A stretch of 63,410 bases of DNA, counting the filler, from Reticulomyxa filosa (taxonomy: Eukaryota > Protista > Foraminifera): the NCBI GenBank assembly GCA_000512085.1. It is 18 parts of 18 records of this genome, joined end to end, with 100 filler letters (N's around TTAATTAATTAA, not from the genome) between each part and the next. Parts side by side here need not be neighbours in the genome. Positions count along the whole stretch, not along the records: positions 51,612 to 57,551 come from ASPP01007660.1; positions 57,652 to 59,794 come from ASPP01019482.1; positions 59,895 to 61,256 come from ASPP01024560.1; positions 61,357 to 63,410 come from ASPP01044332.1; 14 more parts are not named here. One strand, given 5' to 3'. A program made the position numbers and the translations under genes. This document shows, piece after piece, positions 51,512 to 63,410 of the stretch. Each line of letters starts with the position of its first letter. Positions within the stretch are counted from its first letter, which is position 1. The notes under the pieces were generated by a model, which was not told where the DNA came from, made no database searches, and worked only from the letters and a program-made list of their open reading frames with translations.

Positions 51512-51712
51512 NNNNNNNNNNNNNNNNNNNNNNNNNNNNNNNNNNNNNNNNNNNNTTAATTAATTAANNNNNNNNNNNNNNNNNNNNNNNNNNNNNNNNN
51601 NNNNNNNNNNNAATAATAATTGAAACAAATTGAAACGAAAAGAGCATCGAACAACAACCATTTTATCATGAAAATTTACACTATAATAACAAATGGAAAA
51701 CAGTTGAATCAG

Positions 51713-52846
51713 AGTGCGATGAAAAAAGCACTGTGGACAATGCCGTAATAAAGCCAATCAGCGAGTTATCCGACAAAGACACGGACTCCTTGTTTTGCAA
51801 AATGAAAGCCAAATCCAAGGACAAACTGCTGCTTCCAAACAAGCAAATTGGGTCGTTGAGTCAATTCAACAGTTGTACCAATCCATTTACAAGTTTATTC
51901 ACATTATCATAAACATAACATTTATAACATAACATATTTTAAGCAAATAAACAAAATAAACAAACTTAAAAAAAAAAAAAAAAAAAAAAGACAGAAAAAA
52001 AATTTGAAACATTGCCAACAAATTGAATCGATGATATATCATATCGCAAAGATCACCGAAACGAAGGAAGGCAAGTCACACAATGCATTGACTGACCCAT
52101 CGGTGTGTGTCGTGGAAATGGGAGGTGGAAAAGCATCCCTTGGACAATGGTTTATTATCTCACCAAACAACCATTGATTGTTATCGACATTGGTACATTT
52201 CGTCACAAAGTTATTATACATACATATACACATATATGTACATACATATATGTATATAATATTAATAGCAAGAAAATCGAATTGAAAGTGATGCGATTCA
52301 TCGTATTCAAATCTGCTTGCAACACTTGGACCTATCAAAAATCGACTTGATGTGCAAGGACACCTATGTAAAGCACGACCTACTGATGATATCCAAACAT
52401 GTATGTGGGGCTGCGACGGATTTTGCATTGCGATGCATTGTGCATGCCATGCAACAGCCACAGTTTGCCTCCAAACCCAATCGCGTTCGCTGCATTGCCA
52501 TTGCTTTATGCTGTCGAGGCAAGTGCAGCTTCGACACATACTGTGGCTTGGAATACTTGAAAGAAGAACTTCAATGGCAGGATTTCAGTCAGCAAGACTT
52601 TGAACACATTCGACAAATGTCCACTTGGTGTGTCGATGGCAAACTCACCGAAAATGATCCAGATTCGTCCGCTGCGTCACGTCATCTGGAAATTGGCCAG
52701 TTGTGCCTAGCATTATTGACAATGGAAGAGTCTAGTTTCTGAAAAAACATGGCTTTACCAATGTTCAATTGATTGAATTTGTTGATTCATCCGTCACAAA
52801 AGAAAATGTTCTTCTCCTTGCTACGCCTCCTTACAATTCTCTATGA
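51713..52846 (+). pseudogene. TRM13: tRNA:m4X 2'-O-methyltransferase TRM13, disrupted
   Basis: KHCQQIESMI, VVEMGGGKASL, SKHVCGAATDFALRC, IAIALCC..C....YCG, QMSTWC, EIGQLC/IIDNGRV*FLKKHG...VTKENVLLLA. Frameshifts at ~52152 and ~52712 and an in-frame TAG at ~52732. Confidence 0.8.
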
Positions 52847-53725
52847 ATTCAATTGATGTTTTTGTGCCATCTTTCTTTTGCAGGCTTCAATTTTATTCTC
52901 TTTTTGCAACTGGAAGCGAATGGCAGATTATTGCTTCTCTTGCTCCTTTTCCTTTTCAACTTTTCAATAAAATAACTTATCTTTTCATATGATAATATTT
53001 TTGTATATTATTCAAGTATAGGATGATTAGGAAATTTAAAACTAGATTTGTGTCATTATTGTAACAGCTCATTTAATATTTGATAAGAATATTTCCTTTA
53101 TTACTACGCAGAATTATTCATAATATTTAAAGTAAAAAGGTTCAATTTTAAATAAAATTAAGAAAAAAAGGTATTAGAGAAAATCTCTAAACAACAAAGA
53201 TTCGTACGATGTTCTTCTCAAATGCTTTTTTAACACTCCGGCGCCAGTGAAAAGTGTGATCATGTGAGCGCCATTTATCAAATACTCATTGGATAGCAAA
53301 TTGTCCCAAATTAAGTCAATGATCATGCTGAAAGTGTTCGATCTCACACAATGAAATTTTTTCAAAAATTGGAGAAAAAGTTCAACCAGTTAAACTTTTT
53401 TGTTAAAAAAAAAAACAACAACGAACGCGCATGAACATTGCGCTCAAAGCCCAACAATAAAAAATAAGAACATCATGAGATGAAAACGCTCACTATCAGT
53501 GAAACAGCAGGAACATCTCAAAGAAAATGACAACAAGTATGGACAGCAGGATAAAATAAAATCATAACAATGAACCTATTGAAAGTAAAAAAAATTATTA
53601 ATAAAAAAACTTAAAAATAAAAATAAAAACACATTTCTGTAAATCCTGTCAACATTGTAAGAATCGTTTGGATAGCCCACTCGACAATATTGCACCTAAA
53701 ACTTTTTTTTAACAAACACACAACA

Positions 53726-53910
53726 GAACACGAAGCGGACCTCGATAAACTCGAGGTGCCGAATATATAAAATAAAAATAAAAAATATATGTTTGTGTGT
53801 GAATAAAAGCAACTTGACTAAACTGCTGTTATTCACCACAGATCATATATAATTTAATTATTATTTTAAATTATATATTCGACACTTCGAGTGGTCCCCT
53901 CTACGTGTTC
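53726..53910. repeat. ~185-bp imperfect palindrome (fold-back / MITE-like)
   Basis: Nested inverted arms: gaacacg/cgtgttc, ctcgaggtgccgaatatataa/ttatatattcgacacttcgag (19 of 21), gtgaataa/ttattcac and agca/tgct. Centre near 53817. Confidence 0.8.
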
Positions 53911-53982
53911 CGATTTTCCCCACCCAATTTTTATACAATTATACGTTGGAAAAAAAAAACTAAACTTTGAAAACGTATACAC

Positions 53983-54440
53983 CATTCTTCTGTGATAGTC
54001 TCCAATTCCTTATTCGTTTCTAATTTCCATCAACTGTCACAGGAAACGCAAATACGCGTGCCACAATTTGTCGATGTTCGTGAGCTGTGGGGGGACAACA
54101 AAAAAATATCAAATAAATTGTATAAACATGTTTGTGCAAAAAAAAAAAAATAAATGCGAAATATCGTGTGAACAAAACTAGTTGAAATGTGAATCATCAA
54201 TTTCATACTCAACTGTTTTCCATCGTTGCCTGTATAAAGGTGGATATGAATTCCATAACTTTTTCTTTATTCATATCTGGAACGTGTTCTGACCGCTGTC
54301 ATAAGCTCTTCACTGCTTTTAAGTACTAAGTGGCCACTTTCACGGTATTTCCATACTTGTGTGCCTTTTTTTATTGCTTGTGCTGCAACCAAACTTTTTC
54401 CTTTTTTAGGAATATCTTTTACTTGATATTTCACCAACAT
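53983..54440 (-). pseudogene. Small SET-domain methyltransferase remnant
   Basis: Manual translation with frameshifts: MLVKYQVKDIPK/GKSLVAAQAIKKGTQVWKY...EFIS/HLYTGNDGK/TVEYEIDDSHFN(Y)SRTSTNCG. Matches the SET motifs 'G.GL.A...I.KG' and 'DD..F.NHS..PN'. Confidence 0.55.
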
Positions 54441-54770
54441 TTCTTAGAGTTTTAAAAAGAGTGGTTTAAATTGAAGTGAGAAAACACAAATGAGAGAGTT
54501 TTGGTTTTCTTTTCTTTTGAACCTTTTTTTAGGGTTAGTTTTCGTTCACTAGTTTTCTGTTCTTCCAAGTCTTGCACAAAAATTTTAATACTACTATTAA
54601 ATTTTGTAAATTATTCTTTTTTTTTAAAAAAAGTTTGATCATATCAGCAAGGGAGAACGAAAAATCTTTGTGACACAAACCTTTTTTTGCTGAACGTATC
54701 TTTACTAAGATTTAGTTTGTTAACATTTCTCCTTGCTGTCATCCTCACTCACTTACTCACTATTCTGTCA

Positions 54771-55680
54771 ATGTCCGAACCTCTTGCAAAACTTGTAGCA
54801 CATTTGAAATCTCTTTGTGACAAAGACCCCAGCCATGGAGACAAGTCAAAAGCTTTTCGAGAAGTTCAATTGTATCTTCTAAGAAATCATCACCATGTAA
54901 AATCCAATAGCGATTTAAAGCTTGCCATTTAAATATATATATATCCTTACACTATGAAAGAGGGTAGAGAAGAAAAGTGATAAAAAGAAGAAGAACATTG
55001 ATTGTGTCAATCAAATTTAAAAAGAAAAGCTTTTTTCTACACAAACTGTGAATAGTGGAAGGACTTGAATGTGGTGCCATTGTAGCAATATCAAACAAAA
55101 ATTTGGAATTATTTGAAGGTGTTTTGCAACAATTGAAGCAATTTTATTCATCAAAGTTTTTTTTTTTTATTTACATTGTATTTTAAAGTTGGAAAAATCT
55201 GTATATTTCTGTTCTGTGCTATGACATATGACAAATAAATAAAAAAAGAGAATTAAGGAAACAATCAACAAAACGACAATACTTGCAAGGTTTAATGTTT
55301 TTGTTAGTGAAAAACAAACAAGAGGCATTTCACACTGAAATTGAACTTCTTGAATTTGAAGGTTTGGATGTTAAGGATCAAATCTATTACACTAAAAACA
55401 AAACAAAACAACACAAAACAAAATATACTTATACAACACAACATAAAAAAAAAAAAATACACTAGAACCAAAACATCAAACTTCCTATTAATGTTGATGG
55501 AATACATGACGGACGGAAGATACAACAAAGTGTTGAGTTTGATGGACAGAGCCCCCGATGTCAAAAATATTGTGCTCTCATAAAAGCATATGCTGAACAT
55601 CGCATCTTTGTTTAGATTATGAAAATAGCAGTTGGATTCGATATATCAATCATTTCCGACATATTGAAGATGACGGTTCT
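54771..55680 (+). pseudogene. RPN12: 26S proteasome lid subunit RPN12/PSMD8, disrupted
   Basis: LECGAIVAISNKNLELFEGVLQQLKQFY, QYLQGLMFLLVKNKQEAFHTEIELL and LMEYMTDGRYNKVL match PSMD8 blocks (FERY..QLK.YY; GL.LL.LL..N...FHTELE; EQYLMEG.YNKV). Splice sites are damaged, with frameshifts and stops downstream. Confidence 0.75.
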
Positions 55681-56286
55681 TTAAAATCTACAAAATCAGA
55701 TAAAAATAAAATGTTTTTGCGAATTATTATGGCTCACGATATACGTAGCTAGTGCAGGGACAACAAGTGCGAAAGGAACTTTGTTCCGGAAATGAGTTTT
55801 TTCAGCAAAACGAAAGTACTTTAAACAGGAGATAATTTACAAAAGACAAGAAACAAGAGTGTTGTTTGTGGAGAGAGTTCTAGCTCACTGGGGATTTTAC
55901 AGTTCCCTTGCTTCGTATAATGAGTACCGTTTGGTCAAATAAATGAGAAATTATTTTATCAAAATTGCAGCAGTCATGTAAAAAAATTTTTTTTTTTTTG
56001 GATAAGTGAATGAAATTATTGGTTATCTGTGTCTCTGAATTTTTCTTTCACATCAAGGACTTGCTTTGCTAGCCCAATCAATTTTTGTTTGTTTGTTTTT
56101 TTCAATGCTTCTTCAATTTCCTCTTGTTTTTTACGATTTGTTAATATTTTTTTACGACATTTTTCTATTTCGACTTTCATTTTTGTAATTTACAATTCTT
56201 GGATTCAAGATCAGATCGTAAACAATCGTTAAAAAAACCAAACAAAAAAAAAAAATCTGTTTGTTTGTACAATGTTGAGCAAAGGA

Positions 56287-57461
56287 TTAGAAAAGATTTC
56301 CCCATTTTTTTGGGACAGGATGTGCCTCAGTGTTAAAAATGTAGTCATTAAAATTAAATCCAGTGTCAACGCCTTGCGTGATGGTGACATTATGAAGGAA
56401 AGTTAAATACAAGTACTTCATGCTTTCAGCAAAGAAGTAGCTCGGACAAGAGTTTTGTCTTGATTTGAGGATCACATCTCTCAAAGCGGAATAGCCAACA
56501 CAATCGGTGTTGCACTTGCAATAAGTGACAATGTCGTTGAAGTACTCGACGGCCCGATTGTAGTACATTGTGTTATTAGTAAAGACATACATATAATAAT
56601 TCGACTCAAAGTTTTCGGGATTCAAATCGTACTTCCGATTGGTGGGTATATGTAGAAGAAAGTCATACACACCAGGTTCAATATCGTATTGTTCCCACAT
56701 TTCCCAGTTGGCATTTTGATTGGCCTCGGCCAATTCCATTTCCCCAGCCAAGGCTAGTTCAGCAGCAAAATAGGCAGCATATAAGTCATACTCATATCCC
56801 TGAGCATATATACGTATACATATACATATATATATGTATACGTATATATGTTTATATGTATATATGTATACGTATATATGTATATATGTTTATATGTATA
56901 CGTATACGTATATATGTATTATGTATACGTATACGTATATTATATATATTGTTATATTATTATTAAAACAAACATTTCTGACAATTTTTCCAGTGTTCAT
57001 ATTGGCGATAATAAACCACAAGTTTTGACTTTGATAATAACTCAAATATGTGGTAATGGAGTACAGAGCGTCGTTCCACCATTGCAGACAGTCATTGTCT
57101 GCAAACAACTTCCAACATTTGAGTAAGTATTCGTAGTAGCTATCGATGCCGGCGTCGATGTGCGTGTCTGTTGCAAGCCACAAGTGCTGCGACGAGGTCG
57201 CCGTCAGATTGATAGTGCTGCCGACAAAGCCGATGCTACTTTGTGCGTTTTTCAGCAATTGCAAGTTCTTTTTGGCCGCGTTGTAGTACTTCATGTCGCC
57301 CGTCAAATAGCTCAAACACCCAAACTCGATGATCGCCGTTCCAACGATCGCCGGGTTTGTTGTTAGCGTTTGCTTATTCACTGCACCCGTTTGCAAATTT
57401 ATCTGTTGATAGGGGAATCCCGAAGGGCTGAGATTTGTGAATATTGGATAAATGCGATCGC
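56287..57461 (-). CDS. GH47 alpha-1,2-mannosidase (EDEM-like), 5'-partial, intron ~56975-56801
   Basis: GTAIIEFGCLSYLTGD.KYY, HIDAGIDSYYEYLLK, YDLNPE.FES.YY, SYFFAESMKYLYL and YIFNTEAHP. Confidence 0.92.
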
Positions 57462-57651
57462 CTGCACATTTTAAATTTTTTTTTTTTTTTTTTATACGTT
57501 TTCTGTTTGTTTCATTTTTCCAAACACCTTTGGGTATTTTTTTTTTTTTTTNNNNNNNNNNNNNNNNNNNNNNNNNNNNNNNNNNNNNNNNNNNNTTAAT
57601 TAATTAANNNNNNNNNNNNNNNNNNNNNNNNNNNNNNNNNNNNNNNNNNNN

Positions 57652-59246
57652 CCTTTTGTGATAATTTGAATTGCTTAATTTTACATAAACAAGAACCAAT
57701 ATCTTCAAAACTTGAAATGTCCTTTTCACATTGTTCACATTTATTTATTTTAAATATATTTTCCTTTATTTTTTCAAAAGACTCTTCAATATTTTCTAGT
57801 GCGCATATCATTTTATATATCCAATAATATCTCGTGATTTCCTTACTAAAATTATTAATTTGAGATAACACATTTTTTTCGCTTAAAATAATACTATCTT
57901 GCCATGAACTTTTATATTTTTCCATATCTAGTTCTTTCATATTTAATTTCTTCATTTGTTTTTCCAAGATTTTGAATTCTTCTAACATTTTAAGTCCATT
58001 TTCTAATATTGCTCCATAATAGTCAACCGTTTCTATTACTTGATCTTTTAACCGACCCAACAAACTGACAGAAAATTCCTTTCTTACCAACATGTGTCGT
58101 AAGGCAGAAATATCCATTAGAATAGAAAAGAATTGAATACAATAATTACATATAATCAAACAAGCAGTATTTGTTAATGACATAGTTTTAAATATCCTTT
58201 CTACATTTTCTTGAATTTCTAATTTCTCTTTTAGATCTTCAATTTTTTTCTTTTCTTTTTCGATTATTTCATTATTTTTTCTAATTATGTTTAATGAAAT
58301 GAATACTTGATTATTTTTTTCCGGAGAGTTTCCTTCTGAAATATCTAGGTCTCTTTCACATTGTATTTCTTGAATGTTTCTTTCTATTACTTGAATCCTT
58401 TTTATATTTTCTTGTATTTCTTCCTTTATTATTCCTTTAGTTTTTTCATTAATAACCCTTTTTTCCACAATATTTTCATCTTTCTTTTTTAACTGTAAAA
58501 AATTTTCTTCAATTGTTAATCTTTTTACATTATTTGTGGAGTTCTTCATTTTGTTTAAATCATTAATAGATATTATTTTTCCATCTTTTTTTGCTTTTTT
58601 TCCTTTTAAGTTAGACATTTGATCAATGCATGACACAGCTTGGATTTCACCAATTTTTTTAAAAAATTTTTCCGCGTATTCTTCAACTTTCTCATTATAT
58701 CCTACAAACCCTTTATACTTATCAGTTAACATTCTTATTTTGCTTTTTTCTTCTTCAAAACTTTCTTTTTCTTTTCTTTCCATAACATTTTTTGTAAATT
58801 TTTCTACTTTCATTTTACTGTTAACATCTGGTTCAACATCCATTGCTTCTTTATTTCTTTCTTCAATTCGTTGCCTATGAACTTTCATTTCTTTTTCCAT
58901 TTGTTCCAACTTTTTTCATCATCTATTCTACTAGCACTTCTCACTTCTGGATTTTCCAAATAAAATCATCATTTCTAGTACTAGCCTGAAACGAACTAAC
59001 CAAATTTTTATTAACATAATTATCTTCTTGATCTGCAATTTCTTTTTCTATTGTTCTATAATTTGTTGAAATCATCTCAAAATCATCTGCAACAGTTTTT
59101 TCAACTTGTTCCAAAGCTTTAGATTGCTCTTCAGTTTTTTTAGACTGGTCTCCACTTTTTTCATGCGAATTTGCGCTATTGTTTTTTTGCACCCTTTGAG
59201 AATTATTATTGTCATCACTGACAAAACCATCGTTGTCCTTTTGCAT
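57652..59246 (-). CDS. Long intronless K/E/I-rich coiled-coil protein, 3'-truncated
   Basis: ORFs 58941-59246 and 57652-58909 join into one frame if two homopolymer indels (~58965, ~58912) are corrected. A CEQC...CLC motif lies at the truncated end. Confidence 0.5.
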
Positions 59247-59894
59247 TTTAATTAATTATTGGAAAAATTTTTTTTCGCGTCAAAGACTTTACAATCTTTC
59301 TCAAAACACAAATACACAACCACAAACGTCTTTTACTAAAAAACAACAAACTTTAGTAAAGAAAGGAAATTAACACTTTGTCTCACAATATCAGATACCT
59401 GAATCTGTTAGTACGTTCGCTTCCAGAAGTGGCAACAGACATTGCTATGGAAACGAGTAAATGAAAAATCAAGGGATTTGCTTGTAATGGTTTTTCCAAT
59501 GAGATTTATATTTTTTTATTTGTAATTTAAATCTCAAAAATCTGCACATGTACAAACCCTTTTAATCATTAGTGGTCATTCAGAGAAAAAAAGCAAATAA
59601 ATGAATACAAACTGTTGAGAAAAGATCTGTTTTGTCTATCTCAAATTCAGTTTGCGCAATCTGGCCCGAAAAATTGAATATGCAAACAATATGTTGCGTA
59701 AATTTTACATTATCACATGCTCGTATTAGTCGCATTTACACATTTTTCAGATGATTTGAATATGTCCTATGACACAGAAAATGTAATCGCTTTANNNNNN
59801 NNNNNNNNNNNNNNNNNNNNNNNNNNNNNNNNNNNNNNTTAATTAATTAANNNNNNNNNNNNNNNNNNNNNNNNNNNNNNNNNNNNNNNNNNNN

Positions 59895-60397
59895 CTCCAT
59901 TCAAACATGAACGTGAAATTTTGTTTGCAAGGTCAATAGTATATTCTTTAGATGATGAGAAAACACATAAAGAAGAATATGCATGGAATGCAAAAGTAGA
60001 GAATGAAGATGAATATACACAAATGATATTATTGACATGGGTGAAATATGATCAGTATATCCAACAAACTATGCAAATAAGTGCAATGTGGAATCATCAA
60101 ATTGACTTAAATCTTATTTATGGTGCACTTAATTATTATTGTAAAAAAGATGTCAATCAAACATCTGAATTATTGTCCAAATTTGAGCAATGGAAATGTC
60201 AAAATAATGAACAAAAATACAAAGAAATAATGGATGAGTTTGTAAAAGGACGTTGCTGTAATAATCAAATCAATTTATTTTGTATTTTTCTAGCAAAGAA
60301 AAAACGTTTAAGATACAATACCATTGAAATTGCAAAAGTAGTCACTATCCAAAATGGATTGCCATTTGTTGAAAAAGACAAAAAAAATTATAAATAA
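59895..60397 (+). CDS. C-terminal part of a lineage-expanded hypothetical family (PFKHEREILFARS...EDEYTQMILLTW...RCCN)
   Basis: Open frame from the contig edge to TAA at 60397. The sequence pattern is one I associate with a repeated Reticulomyxa family (recall, not a search). Confidence 0.65.
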
Positions 60398-60538
60398 AAA
60401 ATGTGTAAATTTACTTTGTGTAAACATCCTTAAATATATATTTTTTTGCAATACTTTTCAAATTTAAAAATTCAAAAAATGTTTTCTACAAAAAAGGGTA
60501 AAACTTATTCTACTCAATAGTTTCTCGACATTGACAAC

Positions 60539-61222
60539 ATGAGTAGTCAAATTTTTCAAAGTTTGAAGGAGTTGCCTACTCCTTCTGACCCTCAATGTGT
60601 GTTACACAATCACGAAAAAAACAATATTAAAAAGAAAAAAAGTTACGAAATGCTATTATTTTGTCAAAAGACAGGACTATCAATTGAATATAATGAAAAT
60701 AAAAACACTTTTCGATTTCATAAACTACCTGTTTGTGGTGATATTGCAACATTCCATCATTATGCATGTGTGTGTTAATGATTCCATATTGTTCTTTGAT
60801 GGATATGGTAAGAAGGCCGCTTCAAAAGCGTTGCACAAGTATTCAATGCAAGAAAAAACATGGATTACAATTGAACATACTTTTCTAATTCCATTTAGAG
60901 ATGACTTTGGAATATTGGATGAAGACGGCACTCACATGCATATAATTGGGGGAAGAAATGACGACGACATCTCAGTATCAACACATATAAAGACAAAAGT
61001 GATGGAATTGATGCATAAAAAGACTTTACAGTTGGTTAGATTCCTTTCAAGTTTCAGAGCTATCTTGATTTGCAATGAACACAAATAAATTTTATTATAT
61101 CAAACAACTAACAGTCAAAAAATGAAATCAAGCTTAGCATTCAACACTGGATTCGAATTTTAAAGATAAAATTAGGATGGGTCAATGATTTCAACAAAAT
61201 TATTTTTAAATATGTTAATTAA
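60539..61222 (+). pseudogene. Kelch-like beta-propeller family member with internal deletion and frameshift
   Basis: FQSLKELPTP..QCVLH, YACV..NDSILFFDG...LHKYS..EKTW, HMHIIGG and terminal exon 'IQHWIRILKIKLGWVNDFNKIIFKYV'. Frame break at ~60770. Confidence 0.7.
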
Positions 61223-61994
61223 TATTTATACACACATATACATATATATGTATATANNNNNNNNNNNNNNNNNNNNNNNNNNNNNNNNNNNNNNNNNNNN
61301 TTAATTAATTAANNNNNNNNNNNNNNNNNNNNNNNNNNNNNNNNNNNNNNNNNNNNTTTTAATAACTCTTGCAAAAAGTTTTCTGGATTTGTACGGAATT
61401 TCATAAGATTAATTTGTTTATCTATTTTTGATTTGCGTGATTCTTCTTTTTTAAATCAAACATAGTTTTTTTATTAAATTAAATATATACCAATTCTAAG
61501 AAAAAATTAGGACAAAAGTTTATTCAAGCAAGTAAATTTATTATTCCTAAAAACTTTTTGGAATCAACAAGAGATTTTTTGTATGTGTTTTAAATTCCTG
61601 TTCAATAGGAACACTCAAAGTTCTAACAATACATTCCTAAAAATTTTTATGCATAGAAATAACAATATCTTAAATTGACATAAATGTATTTTATCATTAT
61701 GCTCAAACAACTTCAGCAAACATTTTCCAAGATAGACAAAAGTCGTTTAAAAGCGATCAACGACATGTCATCAAATGGAAAACAGAAAAATTGTTGTTGC
61801 AACGTGGGCATCACCTTATTTTTTTCTTTGATCATTTCCTGTTTGATGATTGTTGAATTGCTTTGCATATTCACCAAACAAAGCAAAAATGGTTTATTCA
61901 ATTTTTTTTAAGTTAAAAAAAAACGGAGTAACTAAAAAAAAAATATTCTCAAACAACACTAAAGGCCAAGCACTTTCTAATTGAATCCTACAAA

Positions 61995-63100
61995 GGTAAA
62001 GAAGCAACATTTAAGGTAAACGAACATGAAGAAAAAAGCTGGGAAGCATTGACGAGTATGATAAAAAAAAACATTCCATTTGACATCTGCATCATCGTTT
62101 CTTTTGGCAAAGATCACCGCCGATCAAATTGACAATAATGAAGAGCTGCTTGATCTTTGGAATGAACTTACAAAAAGCAAAAATCAATTTTATAGGGATT
62201 CATGTTAAAATATATATATTTTATGTGTGTGATATACGCGCATAGAAGCAGTTGAATGTTAAATGACAAAAAGAGGGTGTTTGGAAATTACAAAAGAATA
62301 CAAGCAAATGACACGGTGCCCAAAAAATTCAAATGATCCGAATTTTTGTGGCGAAATGGAACAAAAAGACTGGAAAGAATATTTTGAAGATTTAAAACGA
62401 TTGATTGGGGGACTATCGAATGAAGAATATTTAAAAGATGAAAGTCAAGCAAATAAAATACAGAATGCCAAAGACTTGAAACACATATGGGCAGAGTGTT
62501 ATGCTGAAGATGGCAATAAGTGGTTATTGGAACTTCGAGTGATCTGTCCAGATTCGTCAAAGAAAAGCATAATGGAGCCAGGATTTGAGAAAGGCGTAAT
62601 TATGCAAACCCGTGAGAAAAAGTATCGAGTCAATAAACAAGATAAAGAAGATTGCAAAGCAGATGATAATATCTTTGACGAAGAGGATGATTGTCACAAC
62701 ATAAAAAGAGAAAATACAAGTGCAAGATGCATACGAGGCAGTGAAAGCCGCAGACATTGCCAAAAAAACAAAAAAATGGAGTGATTGCACCAAATTTACT
62801 GAAAGACTTACCAAACGATTTGTTGGAAAAGCTTGTCGATATACGTGAATCCATTCAAGATCCAAAAGATATCTTTTGACCTTTTGTCTCTGAAAATTCC
62901 AAAACGGCAGCTGACACGCAAGTGAAAAAAAACCAAAGAAGACATTTGGAATGCTTATCAGAGTGGAGATTATAAAATTATTAAATCAAAATTGGATGAA
63001 CTCACAGCCTTGAATGAGGCTTTGAAACTTTCGACAATTGAAAATGAATACAATAGCTATGTGACAAAGTTGACCAATGAATGGAACAAAAAAAATTGAA
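61995..63100 (+). pseudogene. Hypothetical gene, fragmented
   Basis: ORF 62263-62784 plus flanking protein-like segments in shifted frames. No family recognised. Confidence 0.3.
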
Positions 63101-63410
63101 AACGCCAAATCAATATTCAATAAAAGTATCGCGTCTCCATATCCGATAAGCAAGGATGATGTATTGGTTTATAAAAAAGTCGTAGACGAAATTGAATCGA
63201 ACATCGTTATTTTTTCTTTTTTTCAACAGTGTAAATGAAACTTGATTGTGTTTGGAATGCGTGCTACAGTAAGTTGGAAAAAAAAACTGCAAGCGTAAAA
63301 TACCCACATTGAAGTGATGATGTTAAAAGTTCTCTTTTGAGTTTTTTTGTATTCATTTTTACTAGATTACACTGACACTGCGGCAATTGGTAAGTGATCA
63401 CTGACATAAT

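Noticed and set aside
42376-52734. Stop-codon reassignment or readthrough (TGA in the biotin ligase remnant, TAG in TRM13)
   Set aside because: Both co-occur with frameshifts, and TGA (Rab, 914-916), TAA (PH protein, 2704-2706) and TAG (F-box, 28686-28688) all end genes normally.
4820-61356. Recurring TTAATTAATTAA flanked by Ns as a biological repeat or array
   Set aside because: It is an exact 100-bp synthetic linker with six-frame stops. ORFs ending in 'XXXLIN' or 'XXXN' are artefacts of it.
1-63410. A trafficking/signalling 'gene cluster' (Rab7, two Vps41, flippase, scramblase, two G-alphas)
   Set aside because: The genes lie on unlinked contigs that were concatenated arbitrarily, so co-occurrence in the window is not synteny.

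Overview
This window is not one locus. It is 18 short contigs joined by 17 identical artificial 100-bp spacers (44 N + TTAATTAATTAA + 44 N), so gene order across spacers means nothing. Sixteen contigs come from an AT-rich, intron-containing protist. The (TA)n and poly-A/T introns and the NACHT-HEAT, Kelch-like and 'HEREILFARS' family members suggest the foraminiferan Reticulomyxa filosa or a relative (inference, not a search result). These contigs encode a Rab7-like GTPase, a PH-domain protein, an RNF10/Mag2-like RING protein, a NACHT+HEAT NTPase, a P4-ATPase, a sulfotransferase-like protein, an XK-related protein, TMEM144, two Vps41-like paralogues, F-box and C2H2 proteins, two G-alpha subunits (one very divergent), a formin, an MBT-SAM-RING protein, a G1-like glutamic peptidase, Msp1/ATAD1 and a GH47 mannosidase. 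There are also decayed copies of TRM13, a SET protein, RPN12 and biotin-protein ligase that the ORF track misses or fragments. Two contigs are bacterial: a GC-rich ribH-nusB fragment with a terminator and two GTAG-type REPs, and a rhuM-family gene with a possible LexA box. I cannot support a complete new multi-gene system. The best leads are the NLR-like NACHT-HEAT gene, the G-alpha lacking its catalytic Arg, a possible ADP-ribosyltransferase ExE motif, a ~185-bp fold-back palindrome, A-tract splice acceptors and the split RING of the two Vps41 paralogues.
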